From Planctomycetota bacterium (GTDB lineage: Bacteria > Planctomycetota > UBA11346): DNA of 64,000 nt. Positions 52,901-62,198 of this stretch are shown here, piece after piece. Within the stretch, counting starts at the first letter, position 1. Each line of letters opens with the position of its first letter. The position numbers and the translations under genes are program-made. The notes under the pieces were generated by a model. It ran no database searches. It saw only the letters and a program-made list of their open reading frames with translations, and was not told the DNA's origin. The DNA is taken from contig JADGDD010000008.1 in NCBI GenBank assembly GCA_016745075.1, forward strand, positions 10,678 through 74,677, given 5' to 3'.

Positions 52901-54514
52901 ACGTTCTGGGGCAGCTACCATAAAGTAGTTGGTTGGCGCGCCTTTTTTCTCTGAACCGTATTTTGGATTCGCACTAATATTAACAATTTCTTTCAAGGTG
53001 CCGTCATCTTCGCGCAAGTCGTCACGCTCAGCAACCATGTTCGAGAAAGTACCAAGAATTTCACCAAGGTTTTTACCAGTGGTGATCATACCCCAGCCAC
53101 CGATAGAGTGGAGGCGAACCGCGATAGAGCCTTCTGGCAAGAAGGAGCGAACATCGTCAGAGATAACCGCGTATGGGTGATCAATACCGACATAGAAGAA
53201 TGCTTCACCGTCAGTTGCTTTTTTGCCATCTTGGCGAGCAATTTGACCAGTTGCATATTCGTACGCGCCAAGAATACCTTCTGGACGGAAGTCACGAGAA
53301 CCGAGACCGTACACACCAGAGTAGATTTCTGGTTTTTCAGTTGCTGGGTCAATAGCAGACAAACCTGCATGACGGTTTGATTTTTTATTTTCGCATGCTT
53401 TAGAGATAGCAACGCGAATGTCACGAGTAAGTGGGTTATCACCAGACAGTGATTCGTCTGTACGTTCCAGAACGATAACGCGCTTCTTACCTTTAACAGC
53501 TTTAACAATAGCGTCTTCTGGGAATGGGCGAATAACGTTGACGTGGATAACGCCAGCTTTTTCACCTTTGTTACGCAAGTGGTCAACACCAGCTTCAATA
53601 TTTTCTGCTGCACTACCAAGGGCAATAAAGACAGTTTCTGCATCATCGCAACGGTATTGGCTAATAAGACCATACTCACGACCTGTTAATTCAGCAAATT
53701 CTTCATAGGCTTGTTCGAAAAAGCCAAGAACACCTTCAGAGAAGTTGTTACGACGAGCGGCAATACCGTTCATGTAATGTTCTTGGTTTTGCACTGGGCC
53801 AAGCAACTGAGGTGCTTTTAAGCTGAGAACTTCAGGCACACGACGACGGGTTTCACCGAAGAGTTCTTTTTGTGCTGGAGTTGGACATTCAATTTGATCA
53901 TTTGGATGGCCAAGGAATTCACGAACAAGACCTGGCTCTGGACGACGGAAGGTACGCTCAAGATGGGTGGTTAAGAAGCCATCTTGGATATTCATACCTG
54001 GAGTTAAAGTTGCTTCGGTAACTTTGCGCAAAATTAACGCTTGGTCACTTGCTTGTTGAGCGTCTTTTGCAAAACACATCAACCAACCAGTGTCGAGTGT
54101 CGCGTAAATATCATCATGTGCACAATGTACATTCAGCGCATGTTTGGTCAGCGCGCGAGCACCAACTTGTAAGACCATAGTGCTGAGTTTGCCTGGCGCG
54201 TGATAATATTGCTCTACACCGTAGACAATACCTTGGCCAGAAGTGAAGTTGACCGTACGTTTACCGGTAACGGATACCGCAATGGCACCACCCATAGCAG
54301 CGTGTTCGCCTTCAGCTTCAATGGCTATAAAAGAATCGCCAAAGGCATTTAACTGACCTTTGGCGTATTGGAGTTGAAAGTTTTCACCTTGTTCTGTAGA
54401 TGGAGTGATTGGGTAAAACACACCAGCCTCGGCCACAAGTGGCTCTGTGTAAAAGGCGACTAATTGGTTACCATTTGTCGTAACACGTGTTCCTGGATAC
54501 TTGGGTGAAGTCAT
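49943..54514 (-). CDS. nifJ: Pyruvate:ferredoxin (flavodoxin) oxidoreductase, single-polypeptide type (NifJ/Por-like), unusually long (1523 aa)
   Basis: N-terminal pyrimidine-binding domain, two 4Fe-4S ferredoxin motifs (CTQCMDCISICP, CKGCGECVDVCG), C-terminal ThDP-binding GGDGGMGDIG...; start at 54514. Confidence 0.9.
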   Translation of the reverse strand: MTSPKYPGTRVTTNGNQLVAFYTEPLVAEAGVFYPITPSTEQGENFQLQYAKGQLNAFGDSFIAIEAEGEHAAMGGAIAVSVTGKRTVNFTSGQGIVYGVEQYYHAPGKLSTMVLQVGARALTKHALNVHCAHDDIYATLDTGWLMCFAKDAQQASDQALILRKVTEATLTPGMNIQDGFLTTHLERTFRRPEPGLVREFLGHPNDQIECPTPAQKELFGETRRRVPEVLSLKAPQLLGPVQNQEHYMNGIAARRNNFSEGVLGFFEQAYEEFAELTGREYGLISQYRCDDAETVFIALGSAAENIEAGVDHLRNKGEKAGVIHVNVIRPFPEDAIVKAVKGKKRVIVLERTDESLSGDNPLTRDIRVAISKACENKKSNRHAGLSAIDPATEKPEIYSGVYGLGSRDFRPEGILGAYEYATGQIARQDGKKATDGEAFFYVGIDHPYAVISDDVRSFLPEGSIAVRLHSIGGWGMITTGKNLGEILGTFSNMVAERDDLREDDGTLKEIVNISANPKYGSEKKGAPTNYFMVAAPERIRMNCDLRHVNVVLCCDPKIFLHSNPLDGLREGGAFVWESSESPDVAWQRIPPQYRQEIVDKNIKVYTLAGFNIAKEATDRPELQTRMQGNAFLGAFFKVSSFLGDYKITEENFASTVRAQYVKKFGRFGDAVVDSNMKVMEDGFSTLQEVAYGKLDAADRSSFVSGSICPTTSGCDTSIVEQPRPNIQKSSYFDSEYRAGYGYNQPASALAAVGNVASGNTENVSKYVARREVPIWVSENCTQCMDCISICPDTALPNSAQEITTVIRTAVQNYVGDDAAREVLLKHVIPASALARDAMKASVAEKAGTSFAEIAMNALTKSAEGDSAVSKEALAAVETILGKTKWAYQRTMSIFSLLEKKEEGAGGIFSISVNDKCKGCGECVDVCGDDAIYMATETEEIHADMETSEGFHKLLADTPQKFLGMFDAENPAETRAAALRYHLMLRSKYTSFLAGDGGCAGCGEKSVLRGIATVTETLMRPMFHAKADRLTAKAKQLKETGLKSLESFKAADEAGYEAYKRTVLHVLCGLGGSDTADTDVRLADWNGSDADLVDAVVAVLTQDAFNHRDLQTIEGTLANGMCAMAMTAHTGCNSVYGSTPPNNPHPYPWMNSLFQDGVTIGWLVAESFIQNHGSRSVIPERLADSLLASFAEGYTAEDYFTYTHFSDMYMTDLEINELPKIWAVGGDGGMGDIGFQNMSKVVLQNRPNVNILMLDTQVYSNTGGQNSDSSVMTGGFDMNQIGPATEGKLTEKKSVSEIFMNGHGSPFVAQVSMANSANFYKAVIDGLCYRGTCYVQAYTTCQPEHGVADDASQAQAMLARDSRCMPEFVFNSGLGETYGEALSLKGNAQGKNDWMTKKIPGTKEKYNYTTAHWAFTEARFRNHHKIIKDGNVDGLLELNELMKNITQDDVVNRRFLDKTHRAYIPNKGVYAIDYKADGTPVYHLITRQMVLFCIERRKAWRMLQSRAGVTNADYEAQKEYLKSL

Positions 54515-54882
54515 GTGAACCTTTCAAAAAAACGCTGAAAACCAGCGGAGTGACATAAATCTGGCGCTACACTCTTCGTGCGACACGCCTTTGTGACTTG
54601 ATTACAACCTTCGTGGCTTAGCCACGGCTGGACCTTCGGGCCCAAAATTGAACTAAGGAAGGTACGGTAGTTCACCTCACACGCTAGTAACAATTTCTTC
54701 ATTTTGTCTTAATTTGGGACCCTTCAGATGCTGAAATAGACTGACCGCCATCCCTTGCATACGGTGCTCTTCTGACCCTACTTCCACTTGACTGACCAGT
54801 TCAGCTACAAGGATGCTTTGCCACCAGAGACAAGGGGTTGCCATGAGCAACCTCATCACCCCCCTAGCGGACGGTATCAACG

Positions 54883-55293
54883 ATGGAATCGTATTCTCTT
54901 ATCGGTATTTTCGCCATTCTTGGCATACTTTATGTTGGTGGCGCTATTCTTGTATCACGCATCCTCGGCCCTAAGGGCGCAACTGGCGAAGCGGCGGGCA
55001 AGAAGTTTCAGCCCTACGAATGCGGTATAGACCCAACCGGATCGGCCCGCATTCAGTTCCGCATTGGTTACTATCTTTTTGCTTTGGTTTTCATGGTTTT
55101 TGATGTGGAAAGCCTTTTCCTTTTTCCCTGTGCAAAAATCTTTAATGCTGTAGCAAGTCCAGACAGTACACTGCCAGAAGCCGCTGCGAACATTGGCCAA
55201 GGCCAAATTTTAATCGAACTCTTAGTTTTTGTCTCAATCCTTGGCCTTGGCCTCATCTTTGCTTGGCGAAAGAAGGTGCTTGAATGGGAATAG
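54883..55293 (+). CDS. nuoA: NADH-quinone oxidoreductase subunit A
   Basis: 136 aa, 3 TM; [11 protein letters not shown]...[10 protein letters not shown] conserved NuoA blocks. Confidence 0.9.
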   Translation: MESYSLIGIFAILGILYVGGAILVSRILGPKGATGEAAGKKFQPYECGIDPTGSARIQFRIGYYLFALVFMVFDVESLFLFPCAKIFNAVASPDSTLPEAAANIGQGQILIELLVFVSILGLGLIFAWRKKVLEWE

Positions 55294-56519
55294 ACCTTCA
55301 GCTCATCCCCAAGGTACTGGACCCCCTTCCTGGTGGAAAAGGCCTCACTAACGCAGTTGACTACATTGTAAACTGGGCTCGCTCCAGTTCTTTATGGCCC
55401 TTGGTCTACGGTACCTCGTGCTGTGCCATTGAGATGATGGCAACCGGTGCTGCCCGCCATGATATTTCTCGTTTTGGCGCAGAGGTCTTCCGAGCCTCTC
55501 CGCGACAAGCCGACCTCATTATTTTAGCAGGTACGCTCACTGAAAAAATGAGCCACCATCTCAAGACGCTCTATGAGCAAATGCCAGAGCCAAAGTACGT
55601 TATAGCAATGGGTGCCTGCACTATTTCTGGCGGCCCATTTTACTACGATAATTACTCCGTGATTAAAGGCGCAGACCGTATTGTACCGGTTGATGTCTTT
55701 ATTCCCGGCTGCCCACCACGACCAGAAGCCCTGTTACACGGCATTCTCGAATTACAAAAACTTATATCTGGTGAAACGATTCGCCAGCCACGCGTTCCGC
55801 GCCCCCTCAACGATGACCCCATGATCGACCGTCATAGTGCTGATGCCGCCGCTTGGAAAGAAGAAGACAAAAAGATTCAGGAAGAACTTGCAGGCAAACG
55901 CGAGCAGTGGGCCGCAGAGAACCCAGACTTCAAAGCCTATAAAGGCGAACGTTTCAAAAACGTCAGCGGCCCCAAAATGGGACACACTCCAGTTGAACGC
56001 AGTTGTACCAGCGTTGCCGACATTTGCGCTGCCGTACATGACAAATTCCCAGACATTCCACTGTACAATAAAGCTGAAATTACAGATGAAGAGCTAGCCG
56101 AGCTTTCACCACAATACATTCCAGATTTTGTTGTTGGTCAAGAACAATACACTGCTTTTATCAGCTTTCTCAAAAACCATGCCGACCTGAATATGGATTT
56201 ACTGTTACAGGTTACAGCCGTAGACTGGAAAGACCATTTTGATGTCTTGGTGCATCTCTACTCCACCACTGGCAAACATAAAATATTTGTTCGCTGTAGC
56301 GTAGACTATAGTAAAGAGAACGATACTCCAGAAATTGACACCATCAGTCATCTTTTCTCAGGTGCAAACTGGCATGAACGTGAAATATTTGATTTATTTG
56401 GCATCACCTTTACCAACCATCCAGATATGCGCCGCATCTTATTACGCGACGATTTTGTTGGCCACCCGCTGCGTAAAGATTTTGAAGATAGCAGCCGTAT
56501 TGTGAAGAGGCCCTACTAA
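55284..56519 (+). CDS. nuoB/nuoC: NADH-quinone oxidoreductase subunits B and C, fused
   Basis: N-terminal NuoB motifs [25 protein letters not shown]; C-terminal NuoC block [26 protein letters not shown]...GHPLRKDF; single 411-aa frame. Confidence 0.9.
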   Translation: MGIDLQLIPKVLDPLPGGKGLTNAVDYIVNWARSSSLWPLVYGTSCCAIEMMATGAARHDISRFGAEVFRASPRQADLIILAGTLTEKMSHHLKTLYEQMPEPKYVIAMGACTISGGPFYYDNYSVIKGADRIVPVDVFIPGCPPRPEALLHGILELQKLISGETIRQPRVPRPLNDDPMIDRHSADAAAWKEEDKKIQEELAGKREQWAAENPDFKAYKGERFKNVSGPKMGHTPVERSCTSVADICAAVHDKFPDIPLYNKAEITDEELAELSPQYIPDFVVGQEQYTAFISFLKNHADLNMDLLLQVTAVDWKDHFDVLVHLYSTTGKHKIFVRCSVDYSKENDTPEIDTISHLFSGANWHEREIFDLFGITFTNHPDMRRILLRDDFVGHPLRKDFEDSSRIVKRPY

Positions 56520-57670
56520 TGGATTTAGTGCAGACAGAAATTCCAGAAGGCTTCACCCGTTCTGCTGGTGGCGGTCATACAGAAGAATATTATTTAAATA
56601 TGGGGCCGCAGCACCCATCTACCCACGGTGTGTTACGCTTAATGGTACGCCTTGATGGTGAAACGGTTAAAGAAATTGTTCCACACATTGGCTATATTCA
56701 TCGTTCCATTGAAAAAATGGCCGAGTCCCAAAGCTTAATACAAAACATTCACCTGACCGACCGCTTAGATTATTTATCGTGCCACATGACCAACCTCGGT
56801 CTCTGCTTAGCCATTGAACAAGGTGCAGATGTTGGTGTACCAGAACGCGCTGAATACATTCGTATTATTGTGTGTGAATTACAACGTATCCAAAGCCACT
56901 TGCTCTGGTGGGGTTGTTTTGCGATGGACCTTGGTGCGCTGACTGCTTTCTTATACGGGTTTGATGAACGTGAAAAAATAACAGATCTCTTTGAAGAGCT
57001 CTGCGGCGCGCGCTTAACCATGAATTACTTTCGCCCCGGCGGCTGTGTGTCAGATCTCCCAAATGAGTTCATTCCACGCATTCTCAAGATTTGCGAACAT
57101 ATGAAAACCACCTTGGACGAATACGATAATCTCGTCAGTAAAAATATGATTATCCGTGAGCGCACTCAAGGCGTTGGCATTCTCAGCAAAGAACGCGCAT
57201 TATCCCACGGTTGCACCGGCCCTGTTGCCCGCGCCTCTGGCATTAATTACGATGTGCGCAAAGACGAACCCTATGGCATTTACAATCGTTTTGACTTTGA
57301 TGTACCATTGGGTGCAACCGGTGACTGCTATGACCGCTACACCGTTCGTATTGAAGAAATGCGACAAAGCATACGCATACTGGAGCAGGCTTGTAAAGAC
57401 CTTCCAGATGGCGACTTCCGCAGCAAAGAAAAACCCAATTATAAGATACCAAAAGATGAACACAGCTTTAGCTCTGTAGAAACGGCACGTGGTAATTTTA
57501 GCACCTATGTCGTTAGTGATGGTGGAAAAACACCTTACCGGATTAAATACCGTTCACCAAACTTCTCTCATATTGGCGCGATTAACGACATGGCTTCTGG
57601 CTATAAACTTGCAGACCTTGTAACTGTTCTTGCCACCCTTGACCCTGTGATTCCGGATATCGATAGATAA
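56519..57670 (+). CDS. nuoD: NADH-quinone oxidoreductase subunit D
   Basis: 383 aa; NiFe-hydrogenase-large-subunit-like NuoD blocks; start overlaps the nuoBC stop. Confidence 0.93.
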   Translation: MDLVQTEIPEGFTRSAGGGHTEEYYLNMGPQHPSTHGVLRLMVRLDGETVKEIVPHIGYIHRSIEKMAESQSLIQNIHLTDRLDYLSCHMTNLGLCLAIEQGADVGVPERAEYIRIIVCELQRIQSHLLWWGCFAMDLGALTAFLYGFDEREKITDLFEELCGARLTMNYFRPGGCVSDLPNEFIPRILKICEHMKTTLDEYDNLVSKNMIIRERTQGVGILSKERALSHGCTGPVARASGINYDVRKDEPYGIYNRFDFDVPLGATGDCYDRYTVRIEEMRQSIRILEQACKDLPDGDFRSKEKPNYKIPKDEHSFSSVETARGNFSTYVVSDGGKTPYRIKYRSPNFSHIGAINDMASGYKLADLVTVLATLDPVIPDIDR

Positions 57671-58785
57671 TGGATACTTCAACACACCAACCAGTACAAC
57701 AGTCAGTAGCAGAACGCCTCGATCCACATACGGCAACCACACCACTTGGTGACTGGGTTCGTGAACTCTGTGATGCACCGGACGGCGGCAACCTGCTGTC
57801 CATGACTATTAATGTCATCATTATCATTATAGCAATCTGTGCATTTTCATCCCTTACGGCTATGGTACTCGTGTGGATGGAGCGCAAACTTGCAGGCCGT
57901 TTCCAACGCCGCTTGGGCCCAACCCGCACTGGCCCTTTTGGCTTACTGCAAACAGCTGCGGATGGCTTGAAATTATTCTTAAAAGAAGGTTTCCGTCCAA
58001 ACGCCTCTGACCCCTTCACCTATTATCTTGCACCGCTGCTGCCGCTGACTGGTGCGTTTATGGTGTTAGCCGTTATTCCTTTTGGCCCCAGTATGTGGAT
58101 AGCAGACCCAGAACTTGGCCTCATCTTTATCAGTGCGATTGCGGGACTGGGCGTACTGGCCTTACTTATTGGCAGCTGGGGTTCTAATAATAAATATTCA
58201 CTTATGGGTGGCTTGCGTGCTGGTGCGCAGGCCATTTCTTATGAAGTCTCTCTTATTCTCTGCTTTTTACTCATTGTACTCGCTAGTGGTGAAACAAATT
58301 TGCTGAACATTGTTGAAGGACAGCAAGGCAATTTCTGGAACTGGTGGATCATTAAACTGCCCGGGGCTGGCTTCATTGCATTTATCTTCTTTATTATTAC
58401 CAGTACCGCAGAATTAAACCGAACACCATTTGATACCACAGAAGCAGAATCTGAATTAACAGGTGGCTTTCATACGGAATATTCTGGCATCGCCTTTTCC
58501 ATGTTCTTCTTGGCTGAATACGTGCACATGTTCATCGCAGCAGCCATTGGCGCAACTTTATTCCTTGGTGGCTACAATGCTCCTTTTGAGTTCCTACCAG
58601 ACGGTTGGTGGTGGCTTATGGCAAAATCGTATGCAATTATTTTCCTCTACATCTGGTTCCGTTGGACCTTCCCACGTTTACGTATTGACCAATTGATGGC
58701 GCTTGAATGGAAATTTCTGCTGCCGTTATCACTGATCAATCTAGTTTTTGCAGGAATTCTTATTGCGATGGGATGGATACTCTAA
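57670..58785 (+). CDS. nuoH: NADH-quinone oxidoreductase subunit H
   Basis: WMERKLAGRFQRRLGPTRTGPFGLLQTAADGLKL block; multi-TM; ~45-aa N-terminal extension. Confidence 0.93.
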   Translation: MDTSTHQPVQQSVAERLDPHTATTPLGDWVRELCDAPDGGNLLSMTINVIIIIIAICAFSSLTAMVLVWMERKLAGRFQRRLGPTRTGPFGLLQTAADGLKLFLKEGFRPNASDPFTYYLAPLLPLTGAFMVLAVIPFGPSMWIADPELGLIFISAIAGLGVLALLIGSWGSNNKYSLMGGLRAGAQAISYEVSLILCFLLIVLASGETNLLNIVEGQQGNFWNWWIIKLPGAGFIAFIFFIITSTAELNRTPFDTTEAESELTGGFHTEYSGIAFSMFFLAEYVHMFIAAAIGATLFLGGYNAPFEFLPDGWWWLMAKSYAIIFLYIWFRWTFPRLRIDQLMALEWKFLLPLSLINLVFAGILIAMGWIL

Positions 58786-59352
58786 ATGACCACGCCAGAC
58801 CAACATCAAGACACGCCTCCACAAAACCGTCCACAAAGCCGTCCACAAAACATGGGCGCATTCACTCCTGAAGCACAGGCAGAAGACACGTGCACTAAAC
58901 CGAGTTTTTACGCCTATTTTATTAAGCGCCCTATTGTTGGTGCTTTTTCTTTGCTCACAGGCATGGGCATTACTCTTAAAACCTTGTGCAATGTCACTAG
59001 TACAGTCACGCAAGAGTACCCGGAAAACCGCGACACCCTGACTATGCCACCAGCCTTTCGTGGCCAAGTTATTATGCCACATGACGAAGAGGGCGAGCAT
59101 AAATGCACAGCTTGTACCTTATGCGAAAAAGCTTGCCCCAACGGCACCATTTCTGTGTTGCCGATGAAAAATATCGCTAACAAAAAAGTACTCGGCAAAT
59201 ACATTTACCGTTTTGACCAATGTACGCTCTGTTCGCTCTGTGTTGAAGCCTGCCCTTTTGATGCGATTCGTATGGGAAATGACTTCGAGCACGCCACCGT
59301 TGATAAGGATAGCCTTGTTATGGTCCTGAATGAAAAAGAAGGGCGGCTGTAA
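58786..59352 (+). CDS. nuoI: NADH-quinone oxidoreductase subunit I (2x[4Fe-4S])
   Basis: CTACTLCEKACP and CTLCSLCVEACP ferredoxin motifs. Confidence 0.9.
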   Translation: MTTPDQHQDTPPQNRPQSRPQNMGAFTPEAQAEDTCTKPSFYAYFIKRPIVGAFSLLTGMGITLKTLCNVTSTVTQEYPENRDTLTMPPAFRGQVIMPHDEEGEHKCTACTLCEKACPNGTISVLPMKNIANKKVLGKYIYRFDQCTLCSLCVEACPFDAIRMGNDFEHATVDKDSLVMVLNEKEGRL

Positions 59353-59912
59353 TGGAAGCAACACTGACCACAGACATCCTCTTTTATTTATTTTCTGCGG
59401 CTATTCTTGGCTGTGGCCTTATGGCGGTCACAGTTAAAAACCTGCTGCATTCTGCCATCGCTTTAATGGGCTGCCTCTTTGGAACGGCTGGTTTGTTTCT
59501 GCTTCTGGATCATGAATTTGTCGCCCTAATGCAAATCCTCGTCTACATTGGCGGGGTTGTTATTTTTATTATTTATGCAGTTTTGCTGACCACCCATTTG
59601 GGCACACGTTACCTCCCCGCCTCTACCCTCAAATACATTTCCGGCGTTACCCTAGCCGCTATTGTTCTGGGCTTAGTTCTCCACATAGATCCACAGGCAA
59701 CCCACACAGCTGTCAATCCAGACCGCACAGCCACTACCATAGATGCTATTGGCTACCGTTTACTTGATGGCAGCACCAATGGCTTCCTTATTCCTTTTGA
59801 GGTCATTTCTGTTCTCTTGCTCTCTGCAATGATTGGCGCGGCAACAATTGCCAAACATCAGAAGCCAGGCGCTACTAATGATGAAGACGAAACAGGAGGG
59901 TCAGCATCATGA
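59352..59912 (+). CDS. nuoJ: NADH-quinone oxidoreductase subunit J
   Basis: 186-aa multi-TM protein in the conserved operon position; start overlaps the nuoI stop. Confidence 0.85.
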   Translation: MEATLTTDILFYLFSAAILGCGLMAVTVKNLLHSAIALMGCLFGTAGLFLLLDHEFVALMQILVYIGGVVIFIIYAVLLTTHLGTRYLPASTLKYISGVTLAAIVLGLVLHIDPQATHTAVNPDRTATTIDAIGYRLLDGSTNGFLIPFEVISVLLLSAMIGAATIAKHQKPGATNDEDETGGSAS

Positions 59913-60220
59913 ATCTAACCGCCTGTTTAAGCCTTTCTGCGATACTGTTTTCTTTTGGTATTTTCGGTCTGATGACGCGCCGGAAAATTATTGCCATGTT
60001 GCTCGCTATTGAGCTCATGCTCAATGCTGCACTTATTAACTGCGTTGCTTTTGCCTACTATGCCCCCGCCGGTGCAGACACCGACGTTGGCTCCATTCTC
60101 CCTATTTTCATTGTTGCTATTACCTCTGCGGAAATGGCCGTGGCCCTTGCTGTTATTGTTGCGATGTACCGCAAACGCAAAGTCATAGATATTGAACGAC
60201 TGGAGGATCTCCATGATTGA
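59909..60220 (+). CDS. nuoK: NADH-quinone oxidoreductase subunit K
   Basis: 103 aa, 3 TM, LLAIELMLNAA block. Confidence 0.9.
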   Translation: MNLTACLSLSAILFSFGIFGLMTRRKIIAMLLAIELMLNAALINCVAFAYYAPAGADTDVGSILPIFIVAITSAEMAVALAVIVAMYRKRKVIDIERLEDLHD

Positions 60221-62198
60221 ATCCTCGTGGATGATTCTACTGCTACCGTTTATCAGCTTCATCGGCGGTATCCTTTTCTTACACAAACAACCAAAGCTCG
60301 CTGCAGGTTTTTCTATTCTCTGCAATGGTGCTGCTATGGTTATGGCGCTTATCCTTGCTGTGGGTTTTCTCAGCAGTGATGACACTGGTTATCATGCGCT
60401 AGCACACACCTGGTCTTATGACTGGTTTGCCATTACCGATACCTTAACCGTTAGCATTGGTGCATTGCTCGACCCAATCTCTATTATGATGTTGGTTGTC
60501 ATTACGGTTATTTCAACACTGGTACACACTTATTCTATTGGTTATATGGAAAATGATGCTTCTGCGGGGCGCTTTTTTCCGCTCTTATCGTTTTTTGTAT
60601 TCAGTATGCTTGGTCTCGTGATTGCACCGACCCTTGTACAAATGTTTGTATTTTGGGAACTAGTTGGCGTTTCTTCTTATATGTTAATTGGCTTTTGGTA
60701 TCATAAACCATCAGCTGTCGCTGCCAGTAAAAAAGCATTCATTATTACCCGCTTTGCCGATGCCTTCTTCTTGACTGGCATTATTCTTATGGCCACTCAA
60801 TTTGGTTCAATCGGATTTGATGCAATTAACCAAGGTGCCACTGCATTTAGCAGTATGAATACAGCAAACCCAAGCTTTAGTCTCGAAGGCGGTGCCGTTC
60901 AAGTCTTTACTGCTCTGGCTGCGCAAGAAGGCAGCGCTGGATTCCTTGGGCTCAACCTGCTCTCTTGGGCTACTATTCTGATCTTCATTGGTGGCTGGGG
61001 TAAATCGGCCATGTTCCCACTCCACGTTTGGTTGCCTGATGCGATGGAAGGGCCTACTCCAGTTTCTTCTATCATCCACTCAGCCACTATGGTTGTTGCA
61101 GGAATTTATTTAACAGCCCGACTTTTCCCAGTTTTTGCCGTTGCCGAATACACGCTTTCTGTCGTTGAATTTACCGGAGCCATTACAGCACTCTTTGCTG
61201 CTATTATTGCCTGTACTCAACGCGATATCAAACGCATCCTCGCTTTCTCAACGTTATCTCAACTTGGCTACATGATGTTCTCGCTTGGCGTAGCCGACAT
61301 GGAACACACCGCAGGCTTTACAGCCTCTATGTTCCACGTCTTTACTCACGCTTTCTTTAAATGCCTCTTATTCTTGAGCGCTGGCTTGATTATCCATTCC
61401 GTTCACAGCAATGACATTGCCCTAATGGGTGGTCTGCGCAAAAAACTCAAAGGCACCTACTTTGTTACACTCTTAGCTGTATGTGCCATCGCTGGTGTTC
61501 CTTTTCTGTTTTCCGGCTTCTGGTCCAAAGAAGAGATTATCATGGCTGCATGGTCAAATGGCCATCAATGCAGCGCTATCATTGGCTTGCTGGTTGGCGG
61601 CCTTACGGCTTTTTACATGGGCCGCTACTTCTTCCTTATCTTCCATGGCGAATATCGTGGTGACGCACATCACCTTGAACATGCACATGAAAATAAGTTC
61701 ATGCTTTTTCCTATGGTTCTGCTTGCCATCCCAACAATCATAGCTGGCTACCCAATGCTCACTGGGCACACTTTCTTTAATACGGTTATCCCACAAGCAA
61801 CTCTACCGACTCATCCTGATCATAGCGCTAGTTGGATTATGCCAGTTGCTATTGCAATGGCCATTGGCGGCCTGCTTGTTGCATGGCTGAAATATGGTCG
61901 TCGTGCAGTATCCTTTGATACGCCATCAACAAATATTGTATACCGTTGTATTAGTAATAAATTCTACATCGATGAATGCTATATTTTTGTAACGAAAAAG
62001 ATTATCTTCCGTTGCGTTGCCGCACCGATGAAACTCTGTGATGATTACATCGTTGATGGCATCATTCATTCCAGCGCTGCTATTATGCGTGGTTGCGCTG
62101 CCGTGATTCGTCATTGGCAAAATGGGCAAACCCATGTTTATCTGGGACTTATGATTATTGGCCTTGCCTTACTCGCTTGGTTTGGAGGCGCACTCTAA
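60213..62198 (+). CDS. nuoL: NADH-quinone oxidoreductase subunit L (antiporter-like)
   Basis: WLPDAMEGPTPVSSIIHSATMVVAGIYL block; ATG 60213 with GGAGG 7 nt upstream (listed ORF starts at TTG 60192). Confidence 0.9.
   Translation: MIESSWMILLLPFISFIGGILFLHKQPKLAAGFSILCNGAAMVMALILAVGFLSSDDTGYHALAHTWSYDWFAITDTLTVSIGALLDPISIMMLVVITVISTLVHTYSIGYMENDASAGRFFPLLSFFVFSMLGLVIAPTLVQMFVFWELVGVSSYMLIGFWYHKPSAVAASKKAFIITRFADAFFLTGIILMATQFGSIGFDAINQGATAFSSMNTANPSFSLEGGAVQVFTALAAQEGSAGFLGLNLLSWATILIFIGGWGKSAMFPLHVWLPDAMEGPTPVSSIIHSATMVVAGIYLTARLFPVFAVAEYTLSVVEFTGAITALFAAIIACTQRDIKRILAFSTLSQLGYMMFSLGVADMEHTAGFTASMFHVFTHAFFKCLLFLSAGLIIHSVHSNDIALMGGLRKKLKGTYFVTLLAVCAIAGVPFLFSGFWSKEEIIMAAWSNGHQCSAIIGLLVGGLTAFYMGRYFFLIFHGEYRGDAHHLEHAHENKFMLFPMVLLAIPTIIAGYPMLTGHTFFNTVIPQATLPTHPDHSASWIMPVAIAMAIGGLLVAWLKYGRRAVSFDTPSTNIVYRCISNKFYIDECYIFVTKKIIFRCVAAPMKLCDDYIVDGIIHSSAAIMRGCAAVIRHWQNGQTHVYLGLMIIGLALLAWFGGAL

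Noticed and set aside
50069-53708. Numerous 60-200-aa ORFs within or opposite the PFOR gene (e.g. 51039-51578, 53086-53679)
   Set aside because: Embedded in a continuous 1523-aa reading frame with conserved PFOR domains; no independent RBS or family signal.
54846-54855. Short REP-like fragment TAGCGGACGG upstream of nuoA
   Set aside because: Only a half-site of about 10 nt with no inverted partner; too short to call a REP element, so recorded only as a note.
62093-62197. Longer start for nuoM at 62093 (and TTG start for nuoL at 60192)
   Set aside because: These would overlap the preceding subunit genes extensively; ATG 62198 and ATG 60213 each have a GGAGG RBS and give canonical N-termini.
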